A stretch of DNA of 64,000 bases from an uncultured Chloroflexia bacterium (lineage in GTDB: Bacteria > Chloroflexota > Limnocylindria > Limnocylindrales > CSP1-4), in contig CAWHDR010000001.1 of the NCBI GenBank assembly GCA_963828165.1, positions 1,184,001 to 1,248,000 of the forward strand. Direction: 5' to 3'. Below are positions 1 to 9,078 of this stretch, piece after piece. The notes under the pieces are model-generated. The model worked only from the letters and a program-made list of their open reading frames with translations. It was not told the DNA's origin and searched no databases. The first letter of the stretch is position 1. The number at the start of each line of letters is the position of its first letter. Made by a program: the position numbers and the translations under genes.

Positions 1-203
1 AGCAGCTGTGTCGCGTCGTTCTGGTAGGCCGATAGGTCGTCGCGCAGCGCGCACAGCTCCCCAGTGCAGGTCCTCGTGAACGCGCCGGGTACGAACAGGA
101 CGACAACGTGTTTGTTGCCACGGAAACTCGAGAGGCGAACTGGCTGCTTCTGGGTGTCTAGGAGCTCAAAGTCAGGCGCCACATCCCCCACATTGACTGG
201 CAT
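1..203 (-). CDS. Peroxiredoxin, AhpE/AhpC-TSA family (runs off the window start)
   Basis: Not in the ORF track; translated by hand from the ATG at 203: MPVNVGDVAPDFELLDTQKQPVRLSSFRGNKHVVVLFVPGAFTRTCTGELCALRDD. Contains the PxxxTxxC peroxidatic motif; GAGGAG RBS upstream. Confidence 0.9.
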   Translation of the reverse strand, partial: MPVNVGDVAPDFELLDTQKQPVRLSSFRGNKHVVVLFVPGAFTRTCTGELCALRDDLSAYQNDATQL

Positions 204-321
204 CGAATCTCCTCACCTCGCCCGGTTGTTGGTCTGTGTGCGACCGTGATTAGGATACACTCTCAGCCACTTTGTATACACTAAGGCTGAACATGGCATC
301 ATGATTGGAAGGCGTGCCCGC

Positions 322-1326
322 ATGGTGGAAAAGTCCCGGATCGGCTTGGAGTTGCCGACCGACTTGTTAACAGGCGGTGAGGTGATCGCCCTCGGACGGC
401 TCGCCGAGCGCGAGGGCATAGACAGCCTGTGGCTGCAGGAGACGACGACCCGGGACGTCGTATCCCTCGCCGGGGCCCTTTCGCAGGTAACGAGCACCCT
501 ACGCATCGCGACCGGACCCATCAACGTGTGGACCCGGACGCCCTACCTGATGGCGATGACGGCTTCGGCGCTCGGCGAGCTCACCGATGGCCAATTCATC
601 CTGGGCCTTTCGCCCGGCCACGCGCGGACAATCGAGACGCACCACGGGTTGGCCCTGATCCCCCTCGACGATGCCCCCGTGCGTGTCCAGGAATTCCTGT
701 CCATCGTCAGCGGCCTGCTGGCTGGGAAGACTGTGACCCTCGACGGCCGGTATCTACACGTTTCCGAAGCGCGTCTGCCAGGAGCTGGTGCGACTGCCGT
801 ACCTATCTACATCAACGCGAGACAGGGCGGGGTGCTCGAAGCCGTCGGAGAGATGATCGATGGCGCGATTCTGAGCATCGCCACGCCCCAGTGGGTTCGC
901 GAGTTCGCCGTGCCTCGTATCGCCGCTGGCGCCGCGCGAGCGGGACGGCAGGCCACGTCCGTCGACGTCGCATACCATCCGGTGCTCTGCCTGCATGAGG
1001 ACGAGCAGCGGGCGATCGACGCCGCACGGGATGTCGTGGCGCCGTACTTCAGGAACGCCGAGGTCATCGAGCTCCTCCGCGCCTACGGCTTTGCCGACGA
1101 AATCGAGCGGATCGAGGCGTCGATGAAGAGTGGCAAGGCGGCAGATCCTTCGGATGAGCTTGTCCGTGCCATTGCCCTGACCGGCTCGCCCCAGGCCGTT
1201 GCCGAGCGGATCGCCACCTACGAGGCAGCCGGCGTCACGAACATGATCCTGCGGCCCTATCCGGTTGGCGGGGAGTCAGCCCGCGAGGCGACCGAACAAG
1301 CGATCGACCGGCTGCTGAGCGGCTGA
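322..1326 (+). CDS. LLM-class (luciferase-like/Mer-like) flavin- or F420-dependent oxidoreductase
   Basis: AEREGIDSLWLQE, TSTLRIATG...TRTP, GQFILGLSPG and C-terminal GSPQAVAERIATYEAAGV are typical of LLM TIM barrels. Start taken at MVEKS. Confidence 0.85.
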   Translation: MVEKSRIGLELPTDLLTGGEVIALGRLAEREGIDSLWLQETTTRDVVSLAGALSQVTSTLRIATGPINVWTRTPYLMAMTASALGELTDGQFILGLSPGHARTIETHHGLALIPLDDAPVRVQEFLSIVSGLLAGKTVTLDGRYLHVSEARLPGAGATAVPIYINARQGGVLEAVGEMIDGAILSIATPQWVREFAVPRIAAGAARAGRQATSVDVAYHPVLCLHEDEQRAIDAARDVVAPYFRNAEVIELLRAYGFADEIERIEASMKSGKAADPSDELVRAIALTGSPQAVAERIATYEAAGVTNMILRPYPVGGESAREATEQAIDRLLSG

Positions 1327-1545
1327 CGACAGTGCGGCGCGCGGCGTCCTCATAAGAAGCCGACTCCTCAGGTCGAAGTTGCCGGGCGGATCTCGTGCAT
1401 CGAGAGGATCTTCACGTGGATGCCGGGGCAACCGCGACATCGATGGGGAGGCGCTGGGTAGAGCCCGAGGATATCGACGTCAAGTCTCGTCCCATAGGAT
1501 GCAAGGTCCAACGCTTTGTGTTCATTCCCCAACGGAGGAGCAGTG

Positions 1546-2262
1546 ATGGCCGAGCGGGTATGGGATCCTTTCCTCTCGGAGCGGGATCGCATCCGTGCGG
1601 GCTTGGGGCCCGCTCGTCGCAAGGGTGCGGGTAGGAAACCGGCGCTCCTCATGGTCGACCTGTATCGCTGGGCGTTCGGCGACACGCCAGAGCCGTTGCT
1701 CGAGGCGATCAAGACGTGGCCCGGCAGCTGCGGCCTGGCCGGCTGGGATGCGCTGCCCCACCTCGAGCGCCTGCTCGGGGAGACGCGAGCCCTCGGCTTC
1801 CCCGTCCTCCACATCACCGGTGCGCCGGACGTGCCCGGCTGGCGGGATGCCACGCCTCACGGCGGTGCGCGCGACGACCCGGCGACCCTGGAGCGTCGCG
1901 GGCGGCGCTACGACATCATGGAGAGTGTCGCGCCGATCGACGGCGAGTTGGTCCTGCGAAAGAGCGCACCCAGCGCCTTTTGGGGGACCTCGCTGGTCGG
2001 GCACCTCATCGGGCTCGGAGTCGATACGGTGATCGTCGCAGGAGAGTCGACGAGCGGGTGCGTACGAGCGACCGTCGTGGACGCCAAGAGCTACCGATTC
2101 AAGGTGATCGTGCCGGAGCCGTGTGTGTTCGACCGCGACGAGGCGTCGCACGCGATCAACCTGTTCGACGTCGACCAGAAATACGCCGACGTCATCCCGC
2201 TCGAGGAGACCCTCGAGTACCTCCGCTCGGTGGCGCCGGATGGCGCGGCCGCAGTCGGCTGA
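1546..2262 (+). CDS. Isochorismatase-family cysteine hydrolase (maleamate/N-carbamoylsarcosine amidase-like)
   Basis: PALLMVD, KSAPSAFWGT and GESTSGCVRATVVDA supply the D-K-C triad; GGAGGAG RBS upstream. Confidence 0.9.
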   Translation: MAERVWDPFLSERDRIRAGLGPARRKGAGRKPALLMVDLYRWAFGDTPEPLLEAIKTWPGSCGLAGWDALPHLERLLGETRALGFPVLHITGAPDVPGWRDATPHGGARDDPATLERRGRRYDIMESVAPIDGELVLRKSAPSAFWGTSLVGHLIGLGVDTVIVAGESTSGCVRATVVDAKSYRFKVIVPEPCVFDRDEASHAINLFDVDQKYADVIPLEETLEYLRSVAPDGAAAVG

Positions 2263-2295
2263 CGGATCGGCCATCCGTTGCGACGGCGAGGGCTC

Positions 2296-2814
2296 CTACT
2301 CCTCGCCGGCCGGGCTGTCCGGGTGGCGTTCGATCTGGTGCAGGCCCATGGCCTTGACGGTAAACGTGTCTTGGATCGCGAGGTAGCGGGCCGTTTCGGT
2401 GTCCGAGTCGTTGAAGTGCTGATGCCACGCCCAGAGCGGGATCCCGATGAGATCGCCCTCCTCCCAGTCGACCCGCTGGACCTCGTCGCCGTCGTAGCCC
2501 ATCGTCGTGTGGCCCTTGCCTTTGACGATGTATAGGACGGCCTCGGTGGTGTGGCGATGGTTCACCGAGGCGTGGCCTGGCGGCAGTTCTGACAGATGTG
2601 GCTGGAGCCGGATCGCACCGGATAGCCGATAGAAACGGGCCATGGTGCCACGGTACTTGCGGGCCACGAGCTCGGTCGTCTTCAGGTCCTTGACGATCGT
2701 CGCTTCGTGCGGTGGATTCTTCTTGTTCCACTGCTCGCGCTGGGTCATCTCGGTGATCGCAGACCCGCTGAGGGGTTGTTCCTCGCGAGTGATCAGCTTG
2801 CTGTCGTCGGACAT
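2296..2814 (-). CDS. Cupin-domain protein (gentisate dioxygenase-like single cupin)
   Basis: HRHTTEAVLYIVKGKG and GDLIGIPLWAWHQH cupin motifs; GGAGG RBS. Confidence 0.85.
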   Translation of the reverse strand: MSDDSKLITREEQPLSGSAITEMTQREQWNKKNPPHEATIVKDLKTTELVARKYRGTMARFYRLSGAIRLQPHLSELPPGHASVNHRHTTEAVLYIVKGKGHTTMGYDGDEVQRVDWEEGDLIGIPLWAWHQHFNDSDTETARYLAIQDTFTVKAMGLHQIERHPDSPAGEE

Positions 2815-2967
2815 TGATCCCTCCTGGGGCGTTTGGGCGAAGTGGTGCCACCGCGGTGCCCAGCGTAGACAATATCAGAAGGTTTGTGGACATGATGGGG
2901 TTGGACCTTGGTACCATGAATGCTGGCCCGCGCCGGCGGGCACCCGAGTCCTTGCCCGAGGTCGAAC

Positions 2968-3843
2968 GTGATCCCGCGATTCTCGCTGGCCCGTCCATCG
3001 ACGCTGTCCGAGGCGTTCGCGGCCCATGCCGCGGCGGGTGGCGATGCTGCGTATCTCGCCGGCGGGACCGAGCTGCTGCAGGTCATGAAGATGGGCTTCG
3101 CCCAGTTCGGGACACTCATCGATCTCAAAGGGATCGAGGAGCTCCGCGGTATCGAGATTCTGCCCGACGGCCGATTGCGCATCGGCGCTGCGACGACCCA
3201 TCGGACGCTGGAACGCTCGCCCGTCGTGCACGCCCGCGTTCCAGCGCTCGCCCGTCTCGAGGGCCGACTGGCGAACGTCCGCGTCCGGAATACCGGCACG
3301 ATCGGGGGCAACCTCGCCTTCGCCGAACCCCACTCCGATCCAGCCACATTCCTGCTGGCCTGCGGCGCCACCGTCGAGCTAGTGGGGCCGAATGGCCGCC
3401 GGGAGCTGGGGATCGGCGAGTTCGTGCTCGGTCCACTCTTCACGGCGCGTGAACCCGACGAGGTCGTCGTCGCTGTCAACGTCCCCGCCGCCGCACCCAG
3501 GTCGGGTCGGGCCTACGAGAAGATCGCGTTCTTCGAGCGACCCGCGGCGTCGGTCGGCGTGGCGCTGACCGTGACGGACGGGGCGGTTGGTGGCGCGACG
3601 GTCGCGATCGGGTCCATGACGGAGGTTCCGGCCCTCGTCGAGGCGGCCGCTGCCGCGTTCGATGGCGTGGAGGCAAACGAGTCGACCCTCGATGCGGCAG
3701 GCCGAAGGGCCGCGGAAGCCTTTGGCGAGCTCGACGTGATCGCGGATCTCAATGGCTCCGCCGACTACAAGCGACACCTTGCCGGCGTCCTGCTCGGAAG
3801 GGCGGCGCGTAGTGCGCTCGTGGAGGCCCTCGCACGTGCCTGA
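2968..3843 (+). CDS. Molybdenum hydroxylase FAD-binding subunit (CoxM/xanthine dehydrogenase family)
   Basis: LAGGTEL, VRNTGTIGGNL, HSDP, and D..GSADYKRHL motifs; GTG start inferred. Confidence 0.9.
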   Translation: MIPRFSLARPSTLSEAFAAHAAAGGDAAYLAGGTELLQVMKMGFAQFGTLIDLKGIEELRGIEILPDGRLRIGAATTHRTLERSPVVHARVPALARLEGRLANVRVRNTGTIGGNLAFAEPHSDPATFLLACGATVELVGPNGRRELGIGEFVLGPLFTAREPDEVVVAVNVPAAAPRSGRAYEKIAFFERPAASVGVALTVTDGAVGGATVAIGSMTEVPALVEAAAAAFDGVEANESTLDAAGRRAAEAFGELDVIADLNGSADYKRHLAGVLLGRAARSALVEALARA

Positions 3844-4321
3844 GACCATCGACCTCGAGCTGTCCGTCAACGCCAAGTTCCACGCGCTGCGGGTGGAGCC
3901 GCGGGAGACGCTCGGCGAGGTGCTGCGCGACCGGATGTCCCTGACCGGCACGAAGATCTCGTGCGACGCCCAGGTCTGCGGTGCCTGCACGGTGCTCGTC
4001 GACGGCCTTGCCGTCAGCGCCTGCACCTACCTTGCCGCCGACGCCGACGGGCGCGAAGTGCGTACCATCGAGGGCCTCGCGATCGACGGGCAGCTCAGCC
4101 CGGTCCAGCAGGCCTTCATCGACCACGCGGGGTTCCAGTGCGGTTTTTGTACCCCCGGCATGCTGATGGCCGCGACGTCCCTCCTCGATGAGGACCCCGA
4201 CCCGACTCGTGAGGCGGTCATCCACGGCCTGGAGGGCAACCTCTGCCGCTGTACTGGCTACGCCCAGATCATCTATGCCGTGCTCGCGGCGGCCGCGACC
4301 GCGCGGGAGACCAACCGATGA
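3836..4321 (+). CDS. Molybdenum hydroxylase [2Fe-2S] subunit (CoxS family)
   Basis: GTKISCDAQVCGACTVL, QCGFCTPG, GNLCRCTGY; GTG start overlaps the upstream gene end. Confidence 0.93.
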   Translation: MPETIDLELSVNAKFHALRVEPRETLGEVLRDRMSLTGTKISCDAQVCGACTVLVDGLAVSACTYLAADADGREVRTIEGLAIDGQLSPVQQAFIDHAGFQCGFCTPGMLMAATSLLDEDPDPTREAVIHGLEGNLCRCTGYAQIIYAVLAAAATARETNR

Positions 4322-6615
4322 GACGCGTCACCGCCCGACCGACCCCTCCCTCGCCGATCGGCGAGGCCGTGCCACGGCGCGACGGCGTCGACAAGGTCAC
4401 CGGGTCTGGGCGCTTCACGGTCGACCTCGGGATGCCCGGTCTCGCCCACGCGACGATCGTCCGAAGCCCGTATCCCCACGCGCGGCTCGTCACCATCGGC
4501 ACCGAGGCCGCCCGTCGCCATCCCGGTGTGCTCGCGGTCGTCACGGCCAACGACCTGGCGGATGTCAACCTCGTCTACGGGCACTCGGTCGCGGATCATC
4601 CACTGATCGCCACGGGCAAGGTCCGCTTCGCGGGAGAGCCGGTCGTGGGCGTCGTGGCCGAGGACCTGGTGACGGCCGACGAGGCCGCCCGGCTCATCCA
4701 GGTCGAGTACGAACCGCTCCCGTTCACGACGAACGCCGCGGAGGCGCTGAGCGACGATGCGCCGATCATCCATGAGCAGCCCGGCGAGCAGCGTGCCCAC
4801 CGCGGGTTCCAGGAGGACATCGAGCGGACCCATCCGAACGTGTGCTCGCACTCGCGCCAGGCCTGGGGCGATATCGACGACGCCTTCGCGCGCGCGGATG
4901 TCGTGCTCGAGGGCGAATACCGATACCCGCGCTCCTACGCTTACGCCATGGAGCCGTATAACGCGATCGCTCGATGGGGGGAGGGCGAGCTGACGGTCTG
5001 GACGTCGGGCCAGCATCCCTACATGGTCCGCGAGGACCTCGCGCATTGCTTCGACCTGCCGCTGTCGGCGGTGCGAGTCATCGTCCCGTACGTCGGCGGC
5101 GGCTACGGCAGCAAGTCCTACACGAAGATCGAGCCACTGACCGCGGCGCTGGCATTGCGTGCCGGGCGCCCGGTCCGCCTCGCGCTGTCGATCGAGGAGT
5201 CGATCCTGACGACTCGCGGCGACGCCGCGACCGTCCGGTTGCGCAGCGCGTTCGATCGCGACGGACACATCCTGGGTCGCCAGGCCACGATCCTGCTCGA
5301 CACGGGCGGGTATGCCGAGAACTCGCCGCTCGTCGGCCGCAAGGCCGCCAATCGGCTCGGCGGCCCGTATCGCATCCCGGCGCTCGAAGTCACCTGCTCG
5401 ACGGTCTACACGAATACCGCGCCGGCCAGCTCGTTCCGTGGGTTCGGGGCGCCACAGGTCACGCTCGCCGGCGAATCGCAGATGGACGAGGCGGCCGAGC
5501 GACTCGGTCTCGACAGCCTCGAGATCCGGCGCCGGAACGTGCTCCGCCCCGGCGAGCGGCCGTGGCCGAACGTCCGCGGGATCGACGCCGATCTGCCGGC
5601 TGACCTCGACCTCGCGGCCGAGGAACTGGGTTGGGACACGCCGGTGCCAGCCGGTCGCGGGCGGGCTATCTGCATCTCCGCGTCAGACGCGGGCTCGGAG
5701 CCGATGACGACGTCGGTCCTGCGCGTCCACGCCGACGGCTCGGTGACCGTGACCTGTGGCAGCACCGAGATCGGCCAGGGCTCGTCGACGGTGCTCGCCC
5801 AGATGGCCGCCGGCGAGATCGGCGTGGAGCTCGAGCGAGTGCACCTGCTCCAGAGCGACACGGCCGCGGTCACCTACGACCGATCGACGGGCGCCAGCCG
5901 AACGACCACGCTGATGGGCCTGGCGATCGGGGCGGCCGCGCGCGACGCGCGAACGCAGCTCGTGGAGTGGGCCCAGGAGAGCCTCGCCCCGGACGGACCG
6001 ACGGTCGTCGAGGGCCGGGGCGGCGTGCAGGTCGGCGACACGTTCCACGACTGGGGTGCGGTCGTGCGGTCCTGGTTCGGCGGTGCGGCCGGCGAGGTGG
6101 TCGGGCGCGGCTACATCCGCAAGGCCGGCACGACCGAGGAGATGCCACCGTTCTGGGAGATCGGCTGCGTTGGCGTCGAGGTGTCGGTCGATGAATCGAC
6201 TGGCGAGATCCGGGTCGAGAAGCTCGTGACGGTCGGGGACGTCGGCTGCGCGATCAACCCGCAACTGGTCGAGGGGCAGGACATCGGGGCGGCCATGATG
6301 GGCCTCGGGATGGCGACTCGCGAAGAGCTCGTCTACGAGGACGGCAACCTCATGAATGGCAACCTGTTCGATTACCGCGTGCCGCGCACGACCGACCTGC
6401 CTGAGCTTCGGACCGTGATCGTCGAGCGCGGCGATGGCGTCGGCCTGTATGGCGCCAAGGGCGGCGGCGAGGGGTCGCTGAACCCGGTCGCCGCAGCCAT
6501 CGCGAACGCCGTGTGGCGGGCCGCCGGCATCCGACTGCGGGAGGCGCCGTTCACCCCTGAGCGCGTGTGGAATGCGCTCCAGGCACGCGACCGGGAGTCG
6601 GCCGGCAACGACTGA
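4318..6615 (+). CDS. Molybdenum hydroxylase molybdopterin-binding subunit (CoxL/xanthine dehydrogenase family; not a CO dehydrogenase)
   Basis: RSPYPHA, VGGGYGSK, FRGFGAPQ, EIGQG, GAKGGGE; ATGA overlap with the small subunit. Confidence 0.92.
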   Translation: MRRVTARPTPPSPIGEAVPRRDGVDKVTGSGRFTVDLGMPGLAHATIVRSPYPHARLVTIGTEAARRHPGVLAVVTANDLADVNLVYGHSVADHPLIATGKVRFAGEPVVGVVAEDLVTADEAARLIQVEYEPLPFTTNAAEALSDDAPIIHEQPGEQRAHRGFQEDIERTHPNVCSHSRQAWGDIDDAFARADVVLEGEYRYPRSYAYAMEPYNAIARWGEGELTVWTSGQHPYMVREDLAHCFDLPLSAVRVIVPYVGGGYGSKSYTKIEPLTAALALRAGRPVRLALSIEESILTTRGDAATVRLRSAFDRDGHILGRQATILLDTGGYAENSPLVGRKAANRLGGPYRIPALEVTCSTVYTNTAPASSFRGFGAPQVTLAGESQMDEAAERLGLDSLEIRRRNVLRPGERPWPNVRGIDADLPADLDLAAEELGWDTPVPAGRGRAICISASDAGSEPMTTSVLRVHADGSVTVTCGSTEIGQGSSTVLAQMAAGEIGVELERVHLLQSDTAAVTYDRSTGASRTTTLMGLAIGAAARDARTQLVEWAQESLAPDGPTVVEGRGGVQVGDTFHDWGAVVRSWFGGAAGEVVGRGYIRKAGTTEEMPPFWEIGCVGVEVSVDESTGEIRVEKLVTVGDVGCAINPQLVEGQDIGAAMMGLGMATREELVYEDGNLMNGNLFDYRVPRTTDLPELRTVIVERGDGVGLYGAKGGGEGSLNPVAAAIANAVWRAAGIRLREAPFTPERVWNALQARDRESAGND

Positions 6616-6631
6616 CGGTCCATCAAGCGCC

Positions 6632-7256
6632 TCAGGACCAGCGCCCAGTCTTCGTGTCCCAGGTTCCTGCCAGCTGAACCGCCTCGGCCGACTCCGCCGC
6701 CGCCACGCGTCGGCGGCGCGTTTCGACCGTCTCGCCCCAGCCGGGCGGCACCAGCCGCGGTGCCACGTCCGCCAGCGGCGCCAGCACAAACAGCCGCTCC
6801 CCGGCGTCGCGATGCGGAACTTCGAGCCGGCGGGCAGCCTTGGCCGGATCGGACGCCGCCTCGATCGAGCGCGCCGCGGCCGGCCGGTCGACCACGATCT
6901 TGTGCCGCCCGAAGACCAGGAGGTCCAGATCGAGCTCGCGTGGACCCCAGCGCCCGCGGCGCCGGCGTCCGGCGAGGCGTTCCAGCGCCTTGAGCTCGGC
7001 GAGCAGCGCGAGCGCCCCAGCCGCCGGGTCCGGTCCGGCCGGGAACGTCCACGGCCACGACGGCATTGTGGAAGTCGGGCTGGTCGGTGACGCCCCACGG
7101 CGCCGTGACGTAGAGCGGCGAAACCCCTCGTAGCCGCACCCCTGGCAGGCCCGCGAGGGCCTCGACCGCCCACGCCAGGGTCGCCGGGGCGTCGCCGACG
7201 TTCGCGCCCAGGCCGATGTAGGCGCGGACGCGACGGGTCGCCGAGCGGTCGCTCAT
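6632..7256 (-). pseudogene. folK: 6-hydroxymethyl-7,8-dihydropterin pyrophosphokinase, split by one extra base (pseudogene or sequencing error)
   Basis: N-half (AYIGLGANVG...YVTAPWGVTDQPDFHNAV) and C-half (RWGPRELDLDLL...VPH...RLFVLAPLADV) lie in different frames; they join at GTT CCC G GCC GGA near 7041-7044. Confidence 0.85.
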
Positions 7257-7279
7257 CGGCTGCACCTTACTATCCGGCG

Positions 7280-8020
7280 GTGGATGCACCGCCCCGGACC
7301 GCACGCCGGATCCGCCGGCCCATCGTGGCGAGCGGTGGGGGCGGTTTCTCGCCCATCACCGAACGCTCCGCCGTCGAGGAGCATGTCGTCGCCCTGGCAC
7401 GCGAGGTGCGGGGCCGCGAACGGCCGCGCGTCTGTTTCCTCGGCACGGCGTCCGGCGATGACGACGCGTGGATCGCTCGCTTCCACGAGGTGTTCGCCGA
7501 CATCGCGAAGACGTCGCACCTGGAACTCTTCGACCGGACCGTCGAGGACATCGAACCATTCCTTCTCGGGCACGACGCGGTGTGGGTCGGCGGCGGCAAT
7601 ACGGCCAGCATGCTTGCCGTCTGGCGGGCGCACGGCGTGGACACCGCGCTCCGGAAGGCGCACGACGCCGGCCTCGTCCTGGCGGGGCGTTCGGCAGGAT
7701 CGATCTGCTGGTTCGAGAGCGGAACGACCGACTCCTACGGGCCCACGATCCAGGCGGTGACCGGCGGTCTCGGTCTGATCCCCGGCAGCAACTCCCCGCA
7801 CTACGACGGAGAGCCCCAGCGGCGCCCCGCGTACCACGCGCTCGTGGCGGACGGCTCCCTGCCACCGGGTATCGCCGTCGACGACCTTGCTGCCGCCGTC
7901 TACGACGGTCCGACACTCACCGAGATCGTCGCGGCGCACGACGGACCGGCGGCCTATCGTGTCGAGCGGACCGCCGATGGCGTGGTCGAAACGTTCCTGC
8001 CGGCGCGGGTGCTGCCGTGA
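7280..8020 (+). CDS. Peptidase E (S51 family, class I glutamine amidotransferase-like)
   Basis: FLGTASGD, VWVGGGNT, GRSAGSICWF nucleophile elbow, PHYD. Confidence 0.88.
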   Translation: MDAPPRTARRIRRPIVASGGGGFSPITERSAVEEHVVALAREVRGRERPRVCFLGTASGDDDAWIARFHEVFADIAKTSHLELFDRTVEDIEPFLLGHDAVWVGGGNTASMLAVWRAHGVDTALRKAHDAGLVLAGRSAGSICWFESGTTDSYGPTIQAVTGGLGLIPGSNSPHYDGEPQRRPAYHALVADGSLPPGIAVDDLAAAVYDGPTLTEIVAAHDGPAAYRVERTADGVVETFLPARVLP

Positions 8021-9078
8021 CCGACGTGTCCGTCGCGATCCTCCACCCGGAGGCGGGTACCGACGCCGGCCAGCTCGTCCGCGTCGTGGCCGACGCCCGG
8101 GCCGACCTCGCGGAGCGGCACCGAGCCGGGTTCCTGGCGGCGGGCGCTGTACGGGCCCGGGTGCTCGCCGGCCCACCGGACGGCGTGCCCTTCGGCGCCC
8201 GGCTCCGGGGTCTGCTCGATGACGCCGGATCGGGCGGGCTCGTCGTCCTGGGCTCGGGCGCGGTCCCCCTGCTGAACGCCGCGGACCGACGATCCTTCGT
8301 TGCGGCCGCCGCCGCCAATCGACCCCAGGCGCTGGCGAACAACCGCTACTCGGCCGACATCGTGGCGATCGCCCGCGCCCGCGACGCCCTCGCCAGCGTC
8401 CCGGATCTGGAGAGCGACAACATGCTGCCGCGCTGGCTCGACGAGGTCGCGGGCGTGCCGGTCGCCGACCTGCGCCATCGATGGCGGCTGGGCGTCGACA
8501 TCGACGGGCCGCTGGACCTCGTGCTCCTCGGTGACCGCTGGTCCGGCGGGCTGACCGCCGCCGACCGGGAGCGCGTGGAGACGCGGCTGGTCGCGATCCG
8601 GGCTGTCGTCGCCGACGGCGCCGCCGAGGTCGTCGTCGCCGGACGGACTTCGCCCGGGACGCTCGTGTGGCTGGAGCGATCCGGCGCGGCACGAACGCGG
8701 GCTCTCATCGAAGAACGAGGGATGCGCACGAGCAGGCCGGGTCAGCGACCGGCGGCGAGCGTGCTGGGGGCCCTGCTGGAGCGGGACGGGCCGGCGTCTC
8801 TCGGGGAGCACCTGGCGCGCCTCGGCGAGGCCGCCGTCATCGACAGCCGGGTCCTGCTCGCCCACCGCCTGGGCGCCGACCAGTCCCGTTGGCCGCCAGC
8901 CGAGGACCGTCATGCCGCTGACCTCCTGCTCCACGAACGGATCGTCGACCCGTGGCTGCAGGCCGTGACGCTCGCCGCCGCGGAAGCGCCGATCCCGATC
9001 CTGCTCGGCGGGCACACGCTGGTCGGTCCGGGTCTACGTCTGGCGCTGGGTCGTAGCGGCCGCCCAAGACGGTCGTGA
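8017..9078 (+). CDS. Conserved hypothetical protein with an N-terminal CofC/MobA-like nucleotidyltransferase-fold region
   Basis: GTGA overlap with peptidase E; GSGAVPLL, NNRYSAD and DIDGPLDL (DxDxPxDL) motifs. The function is only suggested. Confidence 0.55.
   Translation: MTDVSVAILHPEAGTDAGQLVRVVADARADLAERHRAGFLAAGAVRARVLAGPPDGVPFGARLRGLLDDAGSGGLVVLGSGAVPLLNAADRRSFVAAAAANRPQALANNRYSADIVAIARARDALASVPDLESDNMLPRWLDEVAGVPVADLRHRWRLGVDIDGPLDLVLLGDRWSGGLTAADRERVETRLVAIRAVVADGAAEVVVAGRTSPGTLVWLERSGAARTRALIEERGMRTSRPGQRPAASVLGALLERDGPASLGEHLARLGEAAVIDSRVLLAHRLGADQSRWPPAEDRHAADLLLHERIVDPWLQAVTLAAAEAPIPILLGGHTLVGPGLRLALGRSGRPRRS

Noticed and set aside
1327-1545. Possible small gene or ncRNA between the LLM and isochorismatase genes
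   Set aside because: No convincing ORF, RBS or stable structure could be recognised.
4318-6615. Aerobic CO dehydrogenase (coxL form I)
   Set aside because: The active-site loop is SFRGFG, not AYxCSFR; this is a generic molybdenum hydroxylase.
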